Assembly: GCA_963664815.2 (NCBI GenBank)
Contig: CAXXHB010000003.1
Location: 416,001-480,000, forward strand
DNA: 64,000 nt
DNA from: Spirochaetota bacterium
GTDB taxonomy: Bacteria > Spirochaetota > UBA4802 > UBA5550
Direction: 5' to 3'
The position numbers and the translations under genes were made by a program. The notes below the pieces were generated by a model that searched no databases, was not told where the DNA came from, and worked only from the letters and a program-made list of their open reading frames with translations. Within the stretch, counting starts at the first letter, position 1. Every line of letters begins with the position of its first letter. Positions 9,697-18,516 of this stretch are shown here, piece after piece.

Positions 9697-10797
9697 ATGG
9701 AATTGGATTTAACAAATTTTAATCCGGTAATTTTTGGTATTTTTTTTACCAGCGTATATTGCTTTATAGGCAGCATCTTTGTTTATATATATCCAGGATC
9801 AAAATTTCAGGAAATTTTTGCTGTCTTATTCCTTTTTTTTGAGTCTGTATGGCTTGGACTGGGTGGTGTAGCGGCTTTGGAATTTCAAAGTATTTCACCG
9901 GTTTTTCTCTTTAAGCTGAGCCTTCTGGTCTATTTCTTTACCATCCTCAGCATCAGTTTTTATTTTATAATAATTGTTACCCCTGATTTTACATTGAAAC
10001 CCTATCATTATTTAAATATCATCGGACCAATTTTAGCAGTCCTGCTGTTTTTTATCGAGGATTATTCTTCATATACCGGAGATTTTCTATCACTGTATTA
10101 CTTCGGCAGCGACAAGATGCTTCTTCCTGCGATTACATCCCTGACTCTGTTTTTCTATTTTTTCTATATGTTGTACCGTATCATAAAGCTTTATAGGGGG
10201 CATCGCGGTGAATTTTCATCAGTCTGGAGAGCTTTTGTCGTATTTATACTCCTTAATGTGGTTTTAACTGTTTTGTGGATGATTGATAAGATCTTTTCCA
10301 TGAGATACCTCTGGCATCTCTATTTTATAAGCGGTTGTTTCCCTATTATCGGTTCTTATCTTGCAATTAAATATCCGAAATATGTGCACATGCTGGTTGA
10401 AATGTCCAGCCCCAAAAAATATTTGAAAACAAAAATCAGCAATATTGATCCGGACATCGCAATAGAGGAACTTATTACTTTTATGAGCAATGAAAAGCCC
10501 TTTCTGAACAGCGGGATCACTCTGGCGGGACTTGCATCTGAACTCGATTACACTCCACATCAACTCTCCGAACTGCTGAATGTTCACATGCAGAAAAATT
10601 TTTTTTCCTTTATCAATCATTATCGTATAGAGGAGTCAAAGGCAAGAATTCAGTCAGAGCCGGATTCTTTATTAATTAGAATAGCACATGATGTCGGTTT
10701 TCAGTCTGTCGCTTCATTTAACCGCGCATTCAAAAAAGAGACCGGTGAATCTCCTTCCGGTTATAAAAAACGAATCAGTTATTTTCCTCCCGATTAA
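9697..10797 (+). CDS. Membrane-embedded AraC-family regulator
   Basis: ~7 hydrophobic helices then FINHYRIEE...IAHDVGFQSVASFNRAFKKETGESP; ATG 9697 has an AGGAG RBS. Confidence 0.9.
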   Translation: MELDLTNFNPVIFGIFFTSVYCFIGSIFVYIYPGSKFQEIFAVLFLFFESVWLGLGGVAALEFQSISPVFLFKLSLLVYFFTILSISFYFIIIVTPDFTLKPYHYLNIIGPILAVLLFFIEDYSSYTGDFLSLYYFGSDKMLLPAITSLTLFFYFFYMLYRIIKLYRGHRGEFSSVWRAFVVFILLNVVLTVLWMIDKIFSMRYLWHLYFISGCFPIIGSYLAIKYPKYVHMLVEMSSPKKYLKTKISNIDPDIAIEELITFMSNEKPFLNSGITLAGLASELDYTPHQLSELLNVHMQKNFFSFINHYRIEESKARIQSEPDSLLIRIAHDVGFQSVASFNRAFKKETGESPSGYKKRISYFPPD

Positions 10798-10969
10798 GTC
10801 TTTTCCTTCGAACTTCTGATAAAAAAACTGCTCAGATTATAACCTGAGTAGCGTCTTAAAAAAAAATAGAATAAACTAAATGGATTTGTAAAAAAAGCCC
10901 TGCTTTTTCCCTTAAGACTTTTTTCTTTAAGAGTCTTTAAGACACTGATGGGAATAGCCGGAAACTCCA

Positions 10970-11007
10970 ATTCCTGTTATTACAGTCAGGAGAGTAATAA
11001 CAGGAAT
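10970..11007. repeat. Perfect 14-bp inverted repeat (operator or RNA hairpin)
   Basis: ATTCCTGTTATTAC-N10-GTAATAACAGGAAT upstream of the lipoprotein gene. Confidence 0.7.
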
Positions 11008-11120
11008 AATTTGCGGGTCAATAAAGGACTCTCTGTAGTGAAGTCTCAATGAAACATACAGGGTAAGCGCAATTTTAATATATTATTTCAAAAAATTTTT
11101 TAAAGAGGGTGAGGTAAAAA

Positions 11121-12122
11121 ATGTTTTCAGGCAGGGATGTTTTACCACGGGTAGTTTTATTAAAAAGGAAGGAGTATACAAATAGAAAAGTATTCGTTTC
11201 CGTTCTTCTTACTGTTTTTATGCTTACAGCTTTATTGTCATGTGGCAGCGGATCATCCGGCGACAGCAATAATAACGGCAATAATAAAACAGTTACAATT
11301 TATACTTCGGGGATTGGTGCTGACAATTATGCCTGCTACTGGAAAGGGACAACAAAAACATCTTTGTCTACTTCTTTATCAGGTTCCATAGCCAAGACTA
11401 TCTATGTGGATAGTAGCGGCACGGTCTATACAGGAGGGGCTCCAACTGTGTTTACTGCAGGTTACTGGATAGGAACAACCTTTACTAGTCTGGGGGGAGA
11501 CGGAGGTGGTGTAGGAATATATGTAAGTAGCGACGGTACAGTTTATACAGGGGGACATTATAATTATAAAACCTGCTATTGGACCAATTCAGCAATAACT
11601 TATGTGGCGAATGGGGGGTATACATGTGCAATTTATGTAAGTAACGGTACAGTTTATAATGCAGGGATAAATCCCTCTTCAGTAGCCTGCTACTGGGCAG
11701 GAACAACTGAAACGCTGCTGACCTCATCAGGAGGGTATGCATATACAATCTATGTGAGCGATACAGGGACAGTCTATACTGCAGGCTATGACGGAAGCAG
11801 TATCGCCTGTTACTGGACAGGGACAACTAAAACGCAGCTTACAACCTCGGGCGGATGTGTCTATTCAATTTATGCGGGTGATGACGGAACAGTCTACACA
11901 GCCGGAAAAGACGGAAGCGGTTATGCCTGCTACTGGGTAGGTACAACGAAGACACAACTTGCATCAGGAGGGGAGGCAAGATCAATCTACGTGGACAGTG
12001 ACGGAGTTATCTATACTTCCGGGAAGGACGAAAGTAATTATGCCTGCTACTGGGTAGGTACAACGAAGACACAACTTGCAACAGGTGGAGAGGCTTATTC
12101 TATATATATTGATGAGGAATAA
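11121..12122 (+). CDS. Lipoprotein with seven ~38-aa repeats (probable 7-bladed beta-propeller)
   Basis: Lipobox LLSC; repeat consensus IYV-xxGTVYTxG-xxxxxACYWxGTTKTxL. Confidence 0.85.
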   Translation: MFSGRDVLPRVVLLKRKEYTNRKVFVSVLLTVFMLTALLSCGSGSSGDSNNNGNNKTVTIYTSGIGADNYACYWKGTTKTSLSTSLSGSIAKTIYVDSSGTVYTGGAPTVFTAGYWIGTTFTSLGGDGGGVGIYVSSDGTVYTGGHYNYKTCYWTNSAITYVANGGYTCAIYVSNGTVYNAGINPSSVACYWAGTTETLLTSSGGYAYTIYVSDTGTVYTAGYDGSSIACYWTGTTKTQLTTSGGCVYSIYAGDDGTVYTAGKDGSGYACYWVGTTKTQLASGGEARSIYVDSDGVIYTSGKDESNYACYWVGTTKTQLATGGEAYSIYIDEE

Positions 12123-12278
12123 TTACAGTTTAACCCGACCGTCACCAGGAAAAGATTAAACTTAATTACAATCAAACACTGATTTTATGAAATCACTCAG
12201 GAAAGTCTGTAACATACAGAGTAAGCGCAATTTTAATACATTATTTCAAAGACAGATTTAAAGAGGAGAAGGTAAAAG

Positions 12279-12740
12279 ATGTTATCAAAGATGATTAAAC
12301 TAAATCGGATTTATGTTTTAATGTTCTGTTTTTTATTTGGATTAGCCGGATGTGGAGGGGACAGCAGCAGTAACGATCCAACCAGTACAAGTATCAGCCC
12401 ATGGACAAAGCTCCTTGGCGTCGCAGGTAAAGAAACGTATGGATATGGAATCGCTGCAGATACCAGCGGTAACAGCTATGTCACCGGATATACAATGGGA
12501 GCTCTTGACGGACAGACATTAACAGGGGACTCGGATGTATTTGTGGTCAAGTATGATAGTTCAGGTGTGAAGCAATGGACAGATCTCCTTGGCGTCGCAA
12601 ATCAAACAACAATAGGGAATGGAATCGCTGTAGATACCAGCGGAGTTACCTATGTCACTGGATATACAACTGGAGCACTTGACGGGCAGACATTAACAGG
12701 GGTTACTGATGTATTTGTTACAACGGTTTTGAGCGATTGA
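12279..12740 (+). CDS. Lipoprotein with two SBBP-type beta-propeller repeats
   Basis: Lipobox LAGC; two 58-aa repeats GIAxDTSGxxYVTGYTxGALDGQTLTGxxDVFV. Confidence 0.82.
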   Translation: MLSKMIKLNRIYVLMFCFLFGLAGCGGDSSSNDPTSTSISPWTKLLGVAGKETYGYGIAADTSGNSYVTGYTMGALDGQTLTGDSDVFVVKYDSSGVKQWTDLLGVANQTTIGNGIAVDTSGVTYVTGYTTGALDGQTLTGVTDVFVTTVLSD

Positions 12741-12781
12741 TTTTGTGCTGATTAAATAATATAAATTATGTAATATTCCAG

Positions 12782-12806
12782 GGGGCTGCTTAAAAAGGCA
12801 GCCCCT
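12782..12806. terminator. Probable bidirectional terminator between the lipoprotein gene and the tRNA
   Basis: GGGGCTGC...GCAGCCCC stem. Confidence 0.7.
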
Positions 12807-12858
12807 GATTATTCGGGTTTAATTGCGTGAAAAAACTTGATTAAATAAGGAACTGATT

Positions 12859-12930
12859 AGCGGGCGATGGGGCTCGAACCCACGACGTCCAGCTTGGGAA
12901 GCTGACATTCTACCACTGAATTACACCCGC
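12859..12930 (-). tRNA. tRNA-Gly (CCC)
   Basis: Reverse complement GCGGGTGTAATTCAGTGGTAGAATGTCAGCTTCCCAAGCTGGACGTCGTGGGTTCGAGCCCCATCGCCCGCT folds as a cloverleaf; anticodon CCC; CCA not encoded. Confidence 0.97.
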
Positions 12931-13163
12931 GAATAATTAAAAAATACAGCTTTTTATATATGTATTTTATGGCAGATGATTGTCAATAAAATATTTTTAT
13001 TTGATATAAAATTTAGGGCAGGGCAGTGATAAAAAGTCATGTGAAAACAGATGAAAATTTATGTCGTACTTTTTCTGTTATGCGCAAAATACGATCATCC
13101 GGAATGAAACGGCAGGAAAAGAGAGATGCATCTCAGGTTGTATTTTAAGTTTATATAGATTTT

Positions 13164-13209
13164 ATCTGAAATAAAAAAGAGAGGTAACCCTCTCTTTTTT
13201 ATTTCAGAT
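13164..13209 (-). terminator. Terminator with a perfect 21-bp stem
   Basis: ATCTGAAATAAAAAAGAGAGG-TAAC-CCTCTCTTTTTTATTTCAGAT downstream of the FecR-domain gene. Confidence 0.85.
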
Positions 13210-13243
13210 GTATGCATAATAATAAATATTAAACCGCAACAGA

Positions 13244-13957
13244 TTATTTCTTGCCCTCGATATCTCCCTTCATCGCTTCTGCTCCAAGCATGGCGGGACC
13301 TTTTATATCTTTAGCATTGATTTCTATTTTTTTCTTTTTATTATCATCTTTATCTTCAGTCACATCTTTTATATCTCTGACCTGAACAGCATTATTCTTT
13401 TCAACAACAGCTTCTTTACCTGCTTCAACCAGGACAAAGGCTGAATCATCAGTGGTAGATTCTTTGACAGCAACTTTCCCTTCAGTACAGCTGATAATGC
13501 TTTTATCTTTATCGACAGTTACATTAAATTCAGTTCCTCTTACTCCGGCAACAGCAGTCGGAGTGTTAACCTTGAATTTTTCATCCTGGCTTAATTTCCT
13601 TGTTACTTTAAACAAAACATGTCCATTTTCAACATTAAATTCAGTAAACTCTTTATTTCCATTCAGACTTCTGGAAAGCTCCGTCATTACTACAGAACTC
13701 TTTTCATTTATTCTTATGGTGCTCCCCTGAAAGGTAATTTCAGCAATAGCTTTAGTACCTGTCTTAAGAACCATTCCCTGAGTAACTTTGTCACCCATAT
13801 TTGCCGGGTTCGTTACTCCATTAGAGACTAATTTAACATCCCCCATTATGAAATTTATAGACCCGTCATTTTGAACAACTGATGCTGCCTGTTTACTGCA
13901 GCCTGCAAAAAGTACAGCAACTGACATCGCGATTATTAAAAAAATTTTCTTTTTCAT
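13244..13957 (-). CDS. FecR-domain lipoprotein (LipL45-like)
   Basis: Lipobox FAGC; VNTPTAVAGVRGTEF...CTEGKVAV FecR signature; ATG 13957 with GGAGG RBS. Confidence 0.88.
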   Translation of the reverse strand: MKKKIFLIIAMSVAVLFAGCSKQAASVVQNDGSINFIMGDVKLVSNGVTNPANMGDKVTQGMVLKTGTKAIAEITFQGSTIRINEKSSVVMTELSRSLNGNKEFTEFNVENGHVLFKVTRKLSQDEKFKVNTPTAVAGVRGTEFNVTVDKDKSIISCTEGKVAVKESTTDDSAFVLVEAGKEAVVEKNNAVQVRDIKDVTEDKDDNKKKKIEINAKDIKGPAMLGAEAMKGDIEGKK

Positions 13958-14126
13958 TTTTCCTCCAATGATTGGTTGTGAATTCTGTGTCTGAAACAGC
14001 AAAAAAACTTACGAGTAACATTTAAAATGTATTAAATATTCTGATAACCCGATAATTCTGTCCATTTTCTCAATTAAAGTGTACTTTCAGAATTAAAGAT
14101 ACTATAGATACTGAATAATTCAGTGT

Positions 14127-15977
14127 CTATATTTTTTTTAAATATTTAAGCACCTTTTTTTTATTATTTAATGCCGATTGATCCTGCGGATTAAACTTCA
14201 ATACTGCATCAAAGTCTGAACAGGCGCCTTTATAATCCATGATTTTCATCTTTTCAAGTCCTCTGTTGATATAGGCATCGGAATAGACAGGATTCAATTC
14301 AATGGCTATATTATAATCGGATATAGCCTCTGTAGAATCATTCAGCTTGGATTTAACCAATCCGCGGTTAAAATAGACCTCGGCATTATCCGGTTTCAGT
14401 TTCACTGAGTTGTTATAATCTTTTAACGCCCCCTGGTAGTCCCTGTTTATTAATTTTATACCAGCCCTGTTGTTATATGCCTCAAAAAAATCAGGCTTTA
14501 ACCGGAGGGTAATATCATAATTTTCAATTGCAGCTTTATAATCCCGGAGTATATAAAAGACATTCCCCCTGTTGTTATAGGCCTGATAAAAGGAAGAATT
14601 CAAATCAATTGCTTTGCTGTAGTCATCCAGTGCTCCCCGGAAATCTTTAAATTTTTCTTTTATTATCCCCCTGTTATAAAAACCCTCTGCATAATCCGGT
14701 TTTATCTTTACAGCTTCATTTAAGTCGGATATTGTCCCGTTATAATCGCCAAGTTCAGCCCTTACAATTCCTCTGTTGTTATATATCTGGGCAATATTAG
14801 GGCTAAGCTCAATGGCTTTATTATAATCAGCCAGAGCGCCGACATTATCCTTTATATTCATTTTTGCTGCGCCTCTTCCATGGTAGGCCAGGGCATAGTC
14901 CGGCTTAAGCTTAATAGCTTTATCAAAATTCGTAATAGCATCCGGATAATTCTGTTCCTTTTTATAGATATTCACACCTTTGGTAAAGTAGATATCTGCT
15001 TCATTTATTACAGGTTTTGCTTTCTGCTCAAGGTTGTTTATTTCCATCTGAACTATCTGCCTGTTATAAATCGCAGATAAATAATTCGGATTGAGTTCAA
15101 TAGCGCGGGTAAAATCTTTAACGGCATCAGTATATTTTTTTAATCTGAAATTTGCCAGCCCCCTGTTGTTAAAAGCTATAGCCATTTCGGGATTAATTCC
15201 TATTGCGCTGCTGTAATCGGAAATAGCTCCATCTATATCTCCAAGTTCAATTCTGGCTATTCCGCGGTTGTTAAAAAAATCCTCATTCCCTGAATTGATA
15301 AGGATGGCTTTATTATAATTTGACAATGCTTCATCAAGCTTTTTTAAATAAACTTTGAGATTTCCTATATTATAATAAGCCTCGCTGTATGAAGGATCAA
15401 TCCTGATTGCAGACTGATAATCCATCATGGCGCCGTTAATATCATTAAGTCTGAATTTTGCGATTGCCCTGTTAAGGTAAGATTTCAGATTATTGGGATT
15501 TAATTCGACCGCCGTATTCAGATCCTCAAGAGCGCCTGTATTGTTTCCGACTAATAATTTTGCAGTTCCTCTGCTGTAGTATAGCTGAAATTCTGATTTA
15601 TCTGATGATATTCCTCTGCTGTAATCTTCAATTGCACCGTTTATATCATTAAGCTCAACTTTTATATTTCCTCTTCTGTAAAAAACATGTGATAATTTTG
15701 GGTTCTTTTCTATAGATTTATCGTAGCATTCCAGAGATTTCGTATATTCCTTATTCAATTCGAAAAGATATCCTTTCGAAAACCATCCATATTCAGAATC
15801 GGGGTTGGTCTCCATAATCCTTTTTCTTAAATAAACTCTGTCTTTAATACTATCACTTTTTAATGATTGTTCATAGAGTTTTGAAGCATGTGATGTCTCT
15901 TCATCTTCTGCTGAAAATAAAACTGTAAATGATAATATGTTAATTAATATAATTGCAGATATTACTGTATTTTTCAT
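14127..15977 (-). CDS. Secreted multi-TPR protein
   Basis: Signal peptide; many AYxNRG...AIxDYxxAIELNP repeats. Confidence 0.92.
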   Translation of the reverse strand: MKNTVISAIILINILSFTVLFSAEDEETSHASKLYEQSLKSDSIKDRVYLRKRIMETNPDSEYGWFSKGYLFELNKEYTKSLECYDKSIEKNPKLSHVFYRRGNIKVELNDINGAIEDYSRGISSDKSEFQLYYSRGTAKLLVGNNTGALEDLNTAVELNPNNLKSYLNRAIAKFRLNDINGAMMDYQSAIRIDPSYSEAYYNIGNLKVYLKKLDEALSNYNKAILINSGNEDFFNNRGIARIELGDIDGAISDYSSAIGINPEMAIAFNNRGLANFRLKKYTDAVKDFTRAIELNPNYLSAIYNRQIVQMEINNLEQKAKPVINEADIYFTKGVNIYKKEQNYPDAITNFDKAIKLKPDYALAYHGRGAAKMNIKDNVGALADYNKAIELSPNIAQIYNNRGIVRAELGDYNGTISDLNEAVKIKPDYAEGFYNRGIIKEKFKDFRGALDDYSKAIDLNSSFYQAYNNRGNVFYILRDYKAAIENYDITLRLKPDFFEAYNNRAGIKLINRDYQGALKDYNNSVKLKPDNAEVYFNRGLVKSKLNDSTEAISDYNIAIELNPVYSDAYINRGLEKMKIMDYKGACSDFDAVLKFNPQDQSALNNKKKVLKYLKKI

Positions 15978-16516
15978 AAAAACTTCACCTCCACTGATGA
16001 ATTTGCAATCCGGAAAAACAGTAAAAAATTCATCAGGACATACTGCTTGTTATAAAATATATCGTCTTTTTCTTCTGCCGAGTTAATAGAAATATTGTAT
16101 GCAAAATTTAGTGCCCTGTATGATTATCTGTTTTACTTTCTAGTCAATACTCTTGATTTTACAACTCAACACATCGAATTTTACAACGGTCTGAATCCAG
16201 ACTATTAATATTATTTATAAGAAACAGTAATTCAGATACAGGTATAATTGTAAATCATATTAAAAGATAATTTTACGATTCTTTTTCCATCTTCTTAAAA
16301 TCTGTTTGGCTGTTGGATTATAATTACACTTGCAGAAAAAGTGAAAATATATGTTAATTTCTTAACATATATTTTAGTTTATTAAAGTTTATAAATTGCT
16401 GTTGGAAAGTATTTATTAATTATCGGTTAACAATTGATTGATATTTTTTTCATATCTCATATGAGAGTTATAATTATTACAGTTAATAATGGAATTATTA
16501 CGATAATATATTAAAT

Positions 16517-18493
16517 ATGATGAAATCCGAAATTAACATATATAAAAAGATTACAGTACTGTTGATATTTCTGATGCTTTTTATCCAGCTTCCGATATAC
16601 ACGCAAAGCATAGTTGAAATGGACAGGCAGGCACAGGCTTATTTTGATAATAAAGAGTTTTCAAAAGCGGTAGCTTTATGGCTTAATATTCTCGATGTTG
16701 ATCCGAATAACATGGAAGTGCAGAAGAAAGTTGAGATTCTTTATGAAAGAAAACAGAAGAAGGATCTTGAGCTTGAAAAGTCCAAAATGAACTATAAGCT
16801 GGCGAAAAGGGAGATTGTAAAGAATTTTGTTCAGGGTGTCACATTTGATGCAGCGGAAAAGAATCTTTTTAACTCAAAGGAAAATGCCCGTATTGCTTTT
16901 GAAAGCTTTATCATTGCCTACAGAATTGATCCCAAAGATTCAGATATGCAGCTTATACGGGAGGATATGCAGAAACTCGAAAAGCTGCTGAATTCAGAAG
17001 AGAAGAGGCTCACTGTTTCAAAGGCACAGAGAGAAAGAGCCAGGGCTCTGGCAATACTTGCTGCTGCCGCGATGAATGAAGCCAGATATAAGGATGCCCT
17101 TGGCCATTGGGCCGAAATACTCTCTTTCATGCCTGAAAACCTGGAAGCTGTTGAGGGTAAGAGAATGGCTGAAATGGCCATCGATAATATTATACGATAT
17201 GAAACCATGAAAAAATATATGGCAAGCGGTAAAAATTATTTTGATCTTAATGAATATAAACTTGCCCATCAGGATTTTATGAATGTTCTGCAGCTTGATC
17301 CGGAAAATGGTGCTGCCAGGGATTATATCGAAAAAATTGAAGATGTTCTTAACAGTAAAAAGAAATATGAACAGAGGCTTCGTGAGGCTGAAAACTTTTA
17401 TTCCTCAGGTATAAAAAATATACGCGGAAATAAATTTGATGAAGCGAGAGATGAACTGGAAAATGCCATTTCATTAATCGCAAATTACAAAGATGCAAAG
17501 GAGAGACTGGCCAGTATACCCAGGCTTAAAGAGGAATTTGAAAAAAAAGAGAGAGAGCGCAGGCTCAGGCAGATTAATGAGGAATTTCAGAATGGATTAA
17601 TAGCGCTTGCAGATTCAAGATACCAGGATGCCATATCCGCCTTTGAAAAAACGCTGAAACTTGACCCGGGTAATATACTTGCACCCTCGTATATACAGAG
17701 GGCAAAAGACGCACAGAGACTTGTAGAGGAGGAAACTGTTGATGAGAATTCATCCTATTATGATCTTGTACATTCGCTCTCTGTATCCGGGAAACGCCTT
17801 TTTGAGTCCGGTAAGTTTGAAGAGTCCAGGAAAAGATGGAATCAGATTCTTGAACTTTTTCCTTCAAATAAAGTCGCTAATGAATATATTTTTAAGTGTG
17901 AGCTGAAGCTCAACCCGGCTGAAGGTGATGCTGTTGTAAAAAAAATTGTCGCCGAGGGGGAGGGTTTCCTGAGTAAAAAGGAATACAGGAATGCATATAG
18001 AAAATTTGAGCTTGTTAAATCGTTGTATCCCGATTACCCTGGAATTCAGAACCTGCTGAAAAAGGCCGAAAGGGAGCAGGCATATGTCGGTTCTGTTGCA
18101 TTGACGCAGGAAGATAAAAATGATCTTGATAGAAGATATAATCTTGGAATGGCATATTATCAGAAAGGCGGAGATGATAATATAAAGAAAGCGCTGATTG
18201 AACTCAGATGGGTAGCCGGTAAGGACCCAAATAATATCAAGGCGGTTGTTGCAGTAAATAAAATTGAATCGCAGTTAAGGGCTGGAGCTGCAACTGTAAA
18301 AAATGAAGGCACCAGGTTAACCGCTGATCAGGAAGCCCTTGTGAGAAAATATTATTATAACGGAATAAATTATTATTCAAATAATGACTTCAAAAGGGCG
18401 ATAGCGGAGTGGAGAAAAGTGGTTGCCATCGATCCGGGGCACACCAGAGCAAAAAATAACATCAGAAAGTGTCTGGCACTCATAGGCCAGTAA
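16517..18493 (+). CDS. Secreted/periplasmic TPR protein
   Basis: Signal peptide; TPR units (LDPEN, LDPGN, IDPGH) separated by coiled coils. Confidence 0.88.
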   Translation: MMKSEINIYKKITVLLIFLMLFIQLPIYTQSIVEMDRQAQAYFDNKEFSKAVALWLNILDVDPNNMEVQKKVEILYERKQKKDLELEKSKMNYKLAKREIVKNFVQGVTFDAAEKNLFNSKENARIAFESFIIAYRIDPKDSDMQLIREDMQKLEKLLNSEEKRLTVSKAQRERARALAILAAAAMNEARYKDALGHWAEILSFMPENLEAVEGKRMAEMAIDNIIRYETMKKYMASGKNYFDLNEYKLAHQDFMNVLQLDPENGAARDYIEKIEDVLNSKKKYEQRLREAENFYSSGIKNIRGNKFDEARDELENAISLIANYKDAKERLASIPRLKEEFEKKERERRLRQINEEFQNGLIALADSRYQDAISAFEKTLKLDPGNILAPSYIQRAKDAQRLVEEETVDENSSYYDLVHSLSVSGKRLFESGKFEESRKRWNQILELFPSNKVANEYIFKCELKLNPAEGDAVVKKIVAEGEGFLSKKEYRNAYRKFELVKSLYPDYPGIQNLLKKAEREQAYVGSVALTQEDKNDLDRRYNLGMAYYQKGGDDNIKKALIELRWVAGKDPNNIKAVVAVNKIESQLRAGAATVKNEGTRLTADQEALVRKYYYNGINYYSNNDFKRAIAEWRKVVAIDPGHTRAKNNIRKCLALIGQ

Positions 18494-18516
18494 GCATATG
18501 ACAAGGGAAATATAAA

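Noticed and set aside
11900-12100. Near-identical repeats read as a DGR template/variable pair
   Set aside because: Both copies are in-frame coding blades; no reverse transcriptase; no adenine-specific variation evident
1-12930. Integrative island at the tRNA-Gly 3' end
   Set aside because: No integrase and no duplicated tRNA 3' fragment seen in the window; cannot be supported, although the region looks accessory
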